Shown: in pieces, positions 1 through 7,491 of the stretch
Layout: each line of letters starts with the position of its first letter
Numbering within the stretch: the stretch's first letter is position 1
DNA from: Thermoplasmatales archaeon SW_10_69_26
GTDB taxonomy: Archaea > Thermoplasmatota > SW-10-69-26
Assembly (NCBI GenBank): GCA_003009755.1
Contig: PXUB01000042.1
Location: 55,821 to 119,820 of the forward strand
Direction: 5' to 3'
DNA: 64,000 bases
The notes under the pieces: generated by a model
What the model was told of the DNA's origin: nothing
Databases searched by the model: none
Seen by the model: only the letters and a program-made list of their open reading frames with translations
Made by a program: the position numbers and the translations under genes

Positions 1-1186
1 AGACGCCGGGGTAGTAGTTGTCGAACGTGATATGGTTGTAGGCGAACTCGAAGTCGACGCCGGGCGCGTCGAGGCCGTCGTTCTGGGCGAAGAAGTCGCT
101 GGAGAACCCGGAGTCGACGTACCCGATCGTGTCCCACACGGTGCCCCAGTCGTTGAACTCGCCGCCCCAGGCGCCGGCCTCGGGCGCGGCGTTCCACTCG
201 GCGAAGCTCGGGTTGGCGTTCAGCCGCTGCTTGATGAGTTCGGCGAGCGCGGTCGTGACCTTGACCTCGGCCGGCTCCATCTGCGCGGCGGGCAGCATCG
301 TCAACACGAAGTTGCCCTCACGCAGGCAGACCTCGCCCTCGCCGGCGACGTTGGGCGGGTTCACGCACTGCACCTCGCGGCTGGAGTCGATCAACGCGTT
401 GGCCGGGTAGAGCATGCCGTGCAGGTCGCTGGCGAGGTGGATGTCCGTGAAGTTCGTCGTCAGCCACGTCCAGAACGCCCGCGTCTCCGGCTCCTTGAGC
501 GCGGCGTGCGAGAGCTCGGTCGTGTTGCCGCGGCTCCAGCCGGTCGTCGGGGCCTGGCGGTTGAGGTCGGTCCCGTTGCCGTTGCCGCGAACGTAGTTCT
601 GCGTCTCGACGCCGGCGACGGAGAGGTACTCGGCGTCGTTTTGCCGGTACTCCGCCTGCTCGTGAGTCCAACCGTCGGGGTTGGGGAATAGGAAGATCAA
701 CCGCGTGTAGTCCAGCATGGCGAGCCGGTCCTCGGTCGCCACGCCGGTGTCCGTCTCGTCGTTGGTGGCCTTGGCGAAGTCCTCGATGACGCGGAGACCC
801 CCCTCGCGGCCACCCTTCTCGTTGCCGTGGATCGAGAGCATGAACAGGACGTTCAGCTTCTCGTCCTCGGGCACGGTCGACGCCTCGTTCGTGACCGTGA
901 CGGCGAACGTCGGGAACGTGTCGTGACCGCCGGCTGCGTTGTCCCAGCCGTAGGATGGCCCGATCTCGTGGTAGGTCACGAGGTCGGGGTTCTCCTCCTC
1001 GAGGGTCTCGAGCCCGTCGAGCGCGTCCTCCAGGGACGCGAAGTCGTTCGTCTCCATCGCCTCCGGGAACAGCCGTCCCGTGACCGTGCGGGCCTCCTCC
1101 CCGAACAGGCCGGGGGTCGGGAGGGCCGAGGCCATCGGCGTCGTGATCATCACCGCCGCCAGCAGGATCGCTCCAACCCGTCGCAT
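1..1186 (-). CDS. Secreted M14-family zinc carboxypeptidase (runs off the left edge)
   Basis: Manual translation from ATG 1186 gives signal peptide MRRVGAILLAAVMITTPMASA and M14 motifs SIHGNE (HxxE), PNPDG, RGNGNGTDLNR and SDLHG. Missing from the ORF track because there is no stop in the window. Confidence 0.85.
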   Translation of the reverse strand, partial: MRRVGAILLAAVMITTPMASALPTPGLFGEEARTVTGRLFPEAMETNDFASLEDALDGLETLEEENPDLVTYHEIGPSYGWDNAAGGHDTFPTFAVTVTNEASTVPEDEKLNVLFMLSIHGNEKGGREGGLRVIEDFAKATNDETDTGVATEDRLAMLDYTRLIFLFPNPDGWTHEQAEYRQNDAEYLSVAGVETQNYVRGNGNGTDLNRQAPTTGWSRGNTTELSHAALKEPETRAFWTWLTTNFTDIHLASDLHGMLYPANALIDSSREVQCVNPPNVAGEGEVCLREGNFVLTMLPAAQMEPAEVKVTTALAELIKQRLNANPSFAEWNAAPEAGAWGGEFNDWGTVWDTIGYVDSGFSSDFFAQNDGLDAPGVDFEFAYNHITFDNYYPGV

Positions 1187-1303
1187 GCTCGCTCGCTACT
1201 CACCCTCCGGCTACTTAGGCGTTGTTGGTGAACGGACGGGCGCTTCACCCAGCCGTCCCCTCAGGCCGCAAACGTCGTAGGCCAGGTCCGACTAGGCCGA
1301 CCG

Positions 1304-2014
1304 ATGCCCTTCGACACGAAGCAGGCCGCACGCGAGCGCGTCTGGTCCACGCTCGAGGACGAGGGCCTGGCCCGGTTCCCCTTCCCGCCCCAGGGACGGA
1401 TCCCGAACTTCGCCGGAGCCCAGGATGCCGCCGCCCGGCTCGTCGACCAGCCGCTTTTGCGCGAGGCCGACCGCGTCAAGGTCAACCCCGACGCGCCCCA
1501 ACGCTTCGTGCGCCAGGCCCTGCTCGAGGCCGGCACCAGGGTGTTCGTCCCGACCCCGCGCCTGCGGGGTGGGTTCAAGCGCTTGGACCCCGACGCGATC
1601 GCGGCCGAGGACCTGGCGGACGCAGCCAAGCTCTCGCAGATGGACGCCCACGCCGAACCGGTCGACCTCGACGAGCTGCCCGCCATGGACGCGATCGTCG
1701 CCGGCAGCGTCGCCGTCACCCGCGAGGGCCGCCGCGCGGGCAAGGGCGAGGGCTACACCGACCTCGAGTACGCGATCTTGCGCGAGCTCGGCCACCCGGA
1801 CACGCCCGTCGCCACCACCGTCCACCCGGTCCAGATCGTCGACGGCCTACCGCGCGACGACACCGACGTCCCGCTGTCGCTCGTCGTCAGCCCCGAGGAG
1901 GCGATCCGTGTCGACGAGACGCCGCCCGCGCCGGAGGGCATCGATTGGACGAAGCTCGACGAGGACCGCATCGAGGAGATGCCCGTGCTCGCTGAGATGC
2001 GCCAGCGGTCGTGA
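1304..2014 (+). CDS. 5-formyltetrahydrofolate cyclo-ligase family protein (archaeal/MTHFSD-like)
   Basis: Motifs RFPFPPQGRIPNFAGA, KVNPDAPQ, GSVAV..GRRAGKGEGYTDLEY, TTVHPVQ. Confidence 0.85.
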   Translation: MPFDTKQAARERVWSTLEDEGLARFPFPPQGRIPNFAGAQDAAARLVDQPLLREADRVKVNPDAPQRFVRQALLEAGTRVFVPTPRLRGGFKRLDPDAIAAEDLADAAKLSQMDAHAEPVDLDELPAMDAIVAGSVAVTREGRRAGKGEGYTDLEYAILRELGHPDTPVATTVHPVQIVDGLPRDDTDVPLSLVVSPEEAIRVDETPPAPEGIDWTKLDEDRIEEMPVLAEMRQRS

Positions 2015-2051
2015 CGGGCGCAAAGCTAAGTCTGGCGAGCGGCGGTCCAGT

Positions 2052-2100
2052 GAGAAGGGACAAAGGGAAGGCCCAGGTCGATCCGAGGATCGACGTGGGC
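2052..2100 (-). terminator. Hairpin plus pyrimidine tract downstream of the csp array
   Basis: Minus strand reads GCCCACGTCGATCCTCGGATCGACCTGGGC then CTTCCCTTTGTCCCTTCTC. Confidence 0.5.
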
Positions 2101-2140
2101 TAGGCGTCCTCGCGGACGCAGCCGGGGAAGGCGAGACCGG

Positions 2141-2266
2141 TCAGTAGGGGCTGTCGAGGCGCTCGACGTCGGTGGCGCGGAGGCCTCGGTCGCCCTCTTC
2201 GATCTCGAACTCGAACTCGTCCCCTTCTTGGGGCTCACCGCCTTCGATGTCGTCCATGTGGAAGAA
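2141..2266 (-). pseudogene. 5'-truncated cold-shock protein gene (copy 4)
   Basis: Encodes FFHMDDIEGGEPQEGDEFEFEIEEGDRGLRATDVERLDSPY*. N-terminal half is absent; near-identical to 2590-2690. Confidence 0.8.
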
Positions 2267-2294
2267 TCGTGTGGGGTAGGACGATCGCTACAGG

Positions 2295-2513
2295 CTAGGT
2301 GCCTCCGCCACCGCCGGTCTCGATCCGGTCCAGCTGTTTGGCCCGCAACCCGCGGGGGCCCTCCTCGATCTCGAACGCGAACTCCTCGCCCTGCTGGGGC
2401 TCGGGGCCGTCGATGTCCTCCAGGTGGGAGAAGGGATCATCGTCGGCGTCGGTCGTCTCGAGGAAGCCGTATCCTTTCCGGTCGTGGAAGAACGTGGCCT
2501 TCCCGCTCGGCAT
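2295..2513 (-). CDS. csp: Cold-shock domain protein, divergent copy (RNP2 degenerate, PFSH)
   Basis: MPSGKATFFHDRKGYGFLET..DPFSHLEDIDGPEPQQGEEFAFEIEEGPRGLRA. Confidence 0.85.
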   Translation of the reverse strand: MPSGKATFFHDRKGYGFLETTDADDDPFSHLEDIDGPEPQQGEEFAFEIEEGPRGLRAKQLDRIETGGGGGT

Positions 2514-2557
2514 GGTGGGGCTCCGTTGGAGCAACGATCGCCCGCCGTCAGGCGACC

Positions 2558-2727
2558 TCAGAAGCCTCCGCCGCTGTCGAGGCGGCTGATGTCGGTGGCG
2601 CGGAGGCCTCGGTCGCCCTCTTCGATCTCGAACTCGAACTCGTCCCCTTCTTGGGGCTCACCGCCTTCGATGTCGTCCATGTGGAAGAATTCCGGTCGTG
2701 GAAGAACGTGACTTTCCCGCTCGGCAT
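2558..2727 (-). pseudogene. Cold-shock protein gene with internal deletion and frameshift
   Basis: ATG CCG AGC GGG AAA GTC ACG TTC TTC CAC GAC CGG AA|TTC TTC CAC ATG: 43 nt missing relative to the intact copy, removing RNP1. Confidence 0.8.
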
Positions 2728-2773
2728 TGTCGAACCTCGCTGTGTTTGTCTCGGTATCGGAGATCGGTGAGGC

Positions 2774-2992
2774 TTAGAAGCCTCCGCCGCCACCGCTGTC
2801 GGTGCGGGTGAGGTCGGTGGCGCGGAGACCGCGCTCTCCCTCTTCGATCTCGAACTCGAACTCTTCGCCCTCTTGGGGCTCAGGGCCGTCGATGTCGTCC
2901 ATGTGGAAGAAGACGTCGTCGTCGGCCTCGGGGGTTTCGATGAAACCGTACCCCTTCCTATCGTGGAAGAAGGCTACCTTACCGCTAGCCAT
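2774..2992 (-). CDS. csp: Cold-shock domain protein (intact, haloarchaeal-like)
   Basis: MASGKVAFFHDRKGYGFIET..DVFFHMDDI; RNP1 KGYGFI and RNP2 VFFH. Confidence 0.92.
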   Translation of the reverse strand: MASGKVAFFHDRKGYGFIETPEADDDVFFHMDDIDGPEPQEGEEFEFEIEEGERGLRATDLTRTDSGGGGGF

Positions 2993-3014
2993 CAAACCCA
3001 TTCAAGAACGCCTA

Positions 3015-3030
3015 TTTGATAAGCTTTTCC
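3015..3030 (-). promoter_or_regulatory. Putative BRE/TATA promoter of the csp array
   Basis: GGAAAAGCTTATCAAA about 27-30 nt upstream of ATG 2992, in an otherwise GC-rich context. Confidence 0.55.
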
Positions 3031-3056
3031 CTCCTGGTCGGGGGGCCTCGGCGGTT

Positions 3057-3494
3057 TCAGGCCCGTTCGAGCGCCGAATCGACGTCCTCACGCCGAACCT
3101 CCAGCGTCGCTTCGACGCGACCGTCCCGGACGAGGACGGGGACCTCCTGCAACCATCGATCCCGCAGGCGCTCGTCCTCGGTCACGTCGACCTCCCACAA
3201 GGCGAAGCCGAGCTCGGCCTGGGCATCGCGCAGGATCGCCCGAGCCTCGTCGCAGTGCGCGCACTCGTCGCGCACGACGAGCAGCAACGTCTCCCGACCG
3301 GGATCCTCCTCCACTCGCAGACTGAACGCCAGAGCCGTCAACAGACCCCCAGCGAGGATCAGGCCGGCGCCCAGCCGCCGCGATCCCCGGGCCAGGCGCT
3401 CGAGGCCCAGCCCGAGGACGGCGGTGGCGATCGCCAGCAGGACGCCCGTCGCCTCCGTGAACCGGCGAGCGGGCAGCTCGAACATCGGCCTCAC
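3057..3494 (-). CDS. Membrane-anchored glutaredoxin-like protein (DUF836-like, CxxC)
   Basis: Two N-terminal hydrophobic helices, then ECAHCDEA, EVDV and VPVL. GTGA overlap with petD (alternative ATG at 3485). Confidence 0.7.
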   Translation of the reverse strand: MRPMFELPARRFTEATGVLLAIATAVLGLGLERLARGSRRLGAGLILAGGLLTALAFSLRVEEDPGRETLLLVVRDECAHCDEARAILRDAQAELGFALWEVDVTEDERLRDRWLQEVPVLVRDGRVEATLEVRREDVDSALERA

Positions 3495-4312
3495 CGCACG
3501 CGGTAGTAGTTGCGGTTCAGCTTGAAGACACGGTCGCCCTCGTCCATCATGCGCTCACGCCACGTCTTGATGCCGACGTACGTGAGCACCGCCAAGGTCA
3601 GCGGTAACAGCACCGTCATCCAGCTCAAAAGATCCCACTGCAAGAACTGGAAGAAGGGACCGATCAGGTCCTGGCCGAACTTGGTGGCCGTGACGGGCCA
3701 GCGGTTGTAGATCACGTTGTTGATCGAGTAGACGCTGGCCATCGTCAGGACGCCGAGCGCGAACACGCCCACGGAGGTCGTGAACGGCTGCTCCTGTGGG
3801 CGTTGGGCCTTCCCCCGATCCAGGAACGGGATCAGGAACAGCGGGATCAGCAACGGTGTGTGGAGCCCGATCAGACCCATCAGCTTGGCGTTCATCGGCC
3901 CGATGATCGGGAGCTGCACGATGGCGGTGCTGGGGCCCATGTCCCAGGGGGTCCACCACTGGCGGTCCCAGACGTGCCACCACTCGCCGACCCAGGCGCC
4001 CTCGGGGCCGTTCAACAGCTGGAAGTCGTTGCCCAGCTTGAGGAGCCCGTAGGACCACAGGAGGTACCAGTCCGGCAGGATGACCTCGGGTTGGCCGGCC
4101 GGATTGGCCGGTCCCTCGAGGAAGTAGGGCATGAACGCGGCCAGGTACAGCAGGGCCGCGGTGAAGAAGCAGACGATGACGATGTTGCGCACCATCTCGT
4201 GGGGCCAGAAGGGGAAGCCCTCGACCGGGCGCAGGGATTTCTCATCCCGGCGCTGGTTGTCCATGCGTTCGGCCTCCTCCACGTACTCCTGGGTGAGGGC
4301 CTTCAGGCTCAC
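3491..4312 (-). CDS. petD: Cytochrome b complex subunit IV (C-terminal part of split cytochrome b)
   Basis: FPFWPHE, PANP..PEVILPDWYLLWSYGLLK (PEWY-equivalent), LIPFLDRG. GGAGG lies 8 nt before the GTG. Confidence 0.9.
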   Translation of the reverse strand: MSLKALTQEYVEEAERMDNQRRDEKSLRPVEGFPFWPHEMVRNIVIVCFFTAALLYLAAFMPYFLEGPANPAGQPEVILPDWYLLWSYGLLKLGNDFQLLNGPEGAWVGEWWHVWDRQWWTPWDMGPSTAIVQLPIIGPMNAKLMGLIGLHTPLLIPLFLIPFLDRGKAQRPQEQPFTTSVGVFALGVLTMASVYSINNVIYNRWPVTATKFGQDLIGPFFQFLQWDLLSWMTVLLPLTLAVLTYVGIKTWRERMMDEGDRVFKLNRNYYRVR

Positions 4313-4375
4313 TGCGGACCCCTCCCCGTCGTCGGATGCCGTGTGAACGGTGTGGGCGTGGTCATCGTCGTCTCC

Positions 4376-5179
4376 TCAGTGCGGCTCCGCGATGCCTTGC
4401 CACCAGACGATGGCGACGTGAGCGATCGAGGCGCCGAACGTCAAAAGCGGTAGCAGGATGACGTGCAAGACGTACATCCGCGTCACGGTCTCCTGTCCGA
4501 GCTCGACGCCCCCGAACAGCAGCCCGGCCAGCCACTTGCCGAGGATCGGTGTCGACAACGACATCTCCAACCCGATCCGGCCGGCCCAGAACGACAGCTG
4601 GCTCCAGGGCAGGATGTAGCCGGTGTAACCGAGCCCGAGCGTGAGCAGGAACAGGACGACGCCGAGCAGCCAGTTCAGCTCGCGCGGTTTCTTGTACGCC
4701 TGCGTGAAGTAGACGCGGGCCATGTGCAGCACGACCGCGGACACCATGACCATCGCGCTCCAGAAGTGGACGGCGCGGATCATGAAGCCCAGCGGCATCT
4801 CGGTCATGATCAAGGCGACCGACTGCCAGGCTTGCGTCGCCTCGCCGACGCCCTCCATCATGACCGAGGACGTCGACGGGATGTAGTAGAACGTGAGCAG
4901 GATGCCGGAGATCGTGGCGAAGATGAACGCCAGGAACACGATCGAGCCCAGCGCGTACAGCGGGTACCAGTACCAGATGACGCGCAGGTTGTACTTCTCC
5001 GTGTGCGTGCGCGGGAGCTCGAAGTTCAGCTGATGGTAGAAGTGCTGGATGCTGTCCGCGTAGTTGCGGATGCGGTAGCGCTCGTCGAGCCAGGCGAAGG
5101 CCGCCAGCAGGAGCTTGGCGATTGGGCCGGGCTCGGTGAAGTCGTCGTCACGGCGAGCTTCGACGCCGTCCGGACTCAA
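4376..5179 (-). CDS. petB: Cytochrome b (b6-like N-terminal part)
   Basis: SGILLTFYY, RAVHFWSA..LHMARV, YKKPRELNW, GYILPW.Q.SFW, LHVILLP..AHV, ends GIAEPH. Confidence 0.93.
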   Translation of the reverse strand: MSPDGVEARRDDDFTEPGPIAKLLLAAFAWLDERYRIRNYADSIQHFYHQLNFELPRTHTEKYNLRVIWYWYPLYALGSIVFLAFIFATISGILLTFYYIPSTSSVMMEGVGEATQAWQSVALIMTEMPLGFMIRAVHFWSAMVMVSAVVLHMARVYFTQAYKKPRELNWLLGVVLFLLTLGLGYTGYILPWSQLSFWAGRIGLEMSLSTPILGKWLAGLLFGGVELGQETVTRMYVLHVILLPLLTFGASIAHVAIVWWQGIAEPH

Positions 5180-5181
5180 GG

Positions 5182-6051
5182 CTAGTGCCCACCTCCGCCC
5201 TCGCCGCCTCCGCCCCCGCCGCCGCCACCGGGACCGGCGTCGGGGTACTCGAAGATCGTGCGGTTGTACGTCTCGATCTGGAACGGATCGTAGCGGGACA
5301 GGTGGCAGGTGCAGAAGATCGTGTCGCCGTAACCGGACGAGATCGCCAGCTCGGCGGTGTGGAAGTCCGGCACGCAGCAGAAGTGCGTGCAGAACGAGCA
5401 GCAGGCCATGAAGATGTCATCCGGGTCGTCCGGATGCTCGGGGAACCAGCCCTCGCGGATCTCGTCCGCGATCGGCGTGGGGACCGTCGACATGAACCCC
5501 AGCTCCTCCTTCGGGGCTCGAACGATGATGCCGCTGATCTTGCTCTCGGGCTCGACGCCCTCCGAGCGCCATCGGAACGCGGCGCCCGATCCGGGGTAGC
5601 CCTCCCACTGCTCGTCGGGCGTGTCCTTCGGGAAGTCGCTGTAGTGGACCTCCTCGTCGATGTGCTCGGTGAACCAGGCGTCGAAGCCCTTGGCGACCTT
5701 CTCCTCGCTGACGTCGTAGCGGAGGACGTTGTCGGACTCGAAGCCCTGGAACGTCCCGGGCGCGCGCTCGTGAGAGCAATACTTGTACCACTTGAGCTGG
5801 TCCTCGGCGGCGTCGGGCCGGCCGCGGAGGATCCCGTCGTCGGTGATCTCCAGCGGGATCAACGGCAGGCCGTAGGGCGCCGGCGAGCCGGGGAGGACGC
5901 GCATGCCAGGGTACGAGATGTTGACGATCTCGACGCCGACGTCGGACACGGGTTGCAGCATGCCGAACCCGGCGGCGGTCACGGCACCGCCTGCCCCGAC
6001 ACCGGCACAGGCTTTCACGAAGCTCCTCCGATCGAATCCGTCTCCTGGCAT
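5182..6051 (-). CDS. petA: Rieske 2Fe-2S protein with Tat signal
   Basis: DRRSFVK twin-arginine motif; CTHFCC and CTCHLSRYDP cluster boxes. Confidence 0.92.
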   Translation of the reverse strand: MPGDGFDRRSFVKACAGVGAGGAVTAAGFGMLQPVSDVGVEIVNISYPGMRVLPGSPAPYGLPLIPLEITDDGILRGRPDAAEDQLKWYKYCSHERAPGTFQGFESDNVLRYDVSEEKVAKGFDAWFTEHIDEEVHYSDFPKDTPDEQWEGYPGSGAAFRWRSEGVEPESKISGIIVRAPKEELGFMSTVPTPIADEIREGWFPEHPDDPDDIFMACCSFCTHFCCVPDFHTAELAISSGYGDTIFCTCHLSRYDPFQIETYNRTIFEYPDAGPGGGGGGGGGEGGGGH

Positions 6052-6056
6052 GGTTC

Positions 6057-6344
6057 TCACAGCAGGTCTTCCCACTTCTCCTTCCGCTGCTTCACGACGA
6101 TGATGTCGTCGAGGTAGAAGCGGCGGTAGAGGGCGAGGATGACGCCCAGCACGAGGAACGCGCTAGCGAGCCAGAACGTGAGGATCTGTTGAGCGTTGGG
6201 CGAGTTCCAGCCGAGCACGACGCCGGCCGAGAACAGGCCCACGAACGCGAGCTCCACGATCGTCAGCAACACGATGGCGACAGCCACGCCAAGCGGGGCC
6301 TCGGCCGGTTCGTGTCGGACGACGTCGCCGGGCTCTCTCGCCAC
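6057..6344 (-). CDS. Small two-TM membrane protein in the Rieske/cyt b operon
   Basis: Two hydrophobic helices; tightly packed between cupredoxin and Rieske genes. Confidence 0.75.
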   Translation of the reverse strand: MAREPGDVVRHEPAEAPLGVAVAIVLLTIVELAFVGLFSAGVVLGWNSPNAQQILTFWLASAFLVLGVILALYRRFYLDDIIVVKQRKEKWEDLL

Positions 6345-6353
6345 TCGAACACC

Positions 6354-7133
6354 TCACAAGATCAGGTAGATGCCGAGCCCGATCAGAGCCACCGCGATCA
6401 GGACTTGCGCCACGCGGCCGGGCGAGGGCAGGATGGGCTCCACCATCTCGCGCTCGTCGCCTTCCGCGGCGCCTGCGGCCACCGTGATCGTCTCGGGGCC
6501 ACCGGCGCGATGATCGGTCACGTTCTTGGACTCGCCGTAGCGGAGGAAGAAGAACGTGGCGAACAGGACGATGAAGATGATGACGAAGGAGATGACACCG
6601 ACCCAGTAGGCGAGGTAGTCGACACCGAAGTCCTCGATGCCGCCCTCCTCGCCGCCACCGGTCGCGCCGACGGCGAGCGTGCCCTCCATGCCTTGGGACT
6701 GGTGACCGGGAACCGAGCAGATGTAGCCGACCTCGCCCTCGTAATCCTCGCCGAACGTGACGGTGAGGTTGTACTCCTCACCGGGGTCGAGCAGCGGCGT
6801 CTTGACCGCCTCGCCGTTGCCGTCTTCGCGCTGCCGGACGTCCTCCTCGGCGTGTTCGAAGTCTTGGCTGAGGAACGCGAAGTCGTGGGCGACCCCCCCG
6901 ACGTTGACGACGTGGAAGGTCACCTCGGTGTTGGGGCCGACCGTCATCTCTTCGGGATGGGTCGCGAACGGATCGTCCTGGCCCGGACCCAAGCGAACCT
7001 CGATCGTGGCTTCCGTGGGGCCGGTGAGCTCGTCCTCGGCGGCGTCGCCCTCCTGAGCGGCGACGAGGCCGGAGGCCAACGCGAAACCCGCGATCACGGC
7101 GACCAGGAGGGCGCATCGGGCTCGGGTTCCCAT
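6354..7133 (-). CDS. Membrane-anchored blue copper (cupredoxin) protein
   Basis: Signal peptide; type-1 Cu ligands AHDF...YICSVPGHQSQGM; two C-terminal hydrophobic segments. Confidence 0.88.
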   Translation of the reverse strand: MGTRARCALLVAVIAGFALASGLVAAQEGDAAEDELTGPTEATIEVRLGPGQDDPFATHPEEMTVGPNTEVTFHVVNVGGVAHDFAFLSQDFEHAEEDVRQREDGNGEAVKTPLLDPGEEYNLTVTFGEDYEGEVGYICSVPGHQSQGMEGTLAVGATGGGEEGGIEDFGVDYLAYWVGVISFVIIFIVLFATFFFLRYGESKNVTDHRAGGPETITVAAGAAEGDEREMVEPILPSPGRVAQVLIAVALIGLGIYLIL

Positions 7134-7187
7134 GATGACGTCTCGCCGAAGCGAGTCGACCTATTAGACTTTTGCTTAGCCGACCCC

Positions 7188-7354
7188 CGGCTGTCTGGTT
7201 AAGCAGGGGCCGCGAAGGACACGAAGGATCGCCATGGCCACGAAGGGCCTGTGACTCGCCGCCGGGCGGCGTTGTCACGGCAGCTGCTCTCCTTTGTGCC
7301 CTAGCGTCCCTTCGCGTGCTTGGTGGTCCCCCCGTTTGTTATCCTTACAGCGCG
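7188..7354. mobile_element. MITE-like palindromic element, copy A
   Basis: Flanked by a perfect 10-bp direct repeat AGCCGACCCC (7178-7187, 7355-7364). Imperfect inverted ends CGGCTGT.../...ACAGCGCG. About 90% identical to the reverse complement of 58632-58799. Confidence 0.85.
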
Positions 7355-7491
7355 AGCCGACCCCACCCTCGGGAGGGTCTCCCTGTGCCGGATCGCCAAC
7401 CCGTTCCGGCGACGCCGCGGGGGCTGTGGCTCCCCGTGACCCCGAAAACCTAAAGACCTCATCTGCGGGTCGTGCATGTGGAGGCGAGCCA

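Noticed and set aside
32-1231. Plus-strand ORFs at the left edge
   Set aside because: Shadows of the minus-strand M14 peptidase
2141-2992. Repeated sequence suggesting a CRISPR array or DGR template/variable repeats
   Set aside because: Repeats are csp coding paralogs; no spacers, cas genes, reverse transcriptase or adenine-specific variation
7172-7453. Short ORFs over the palindromic element (also 58746-59060)
   Set aside because: Basic, non-acidic translations of the repeat; no transposase similarity
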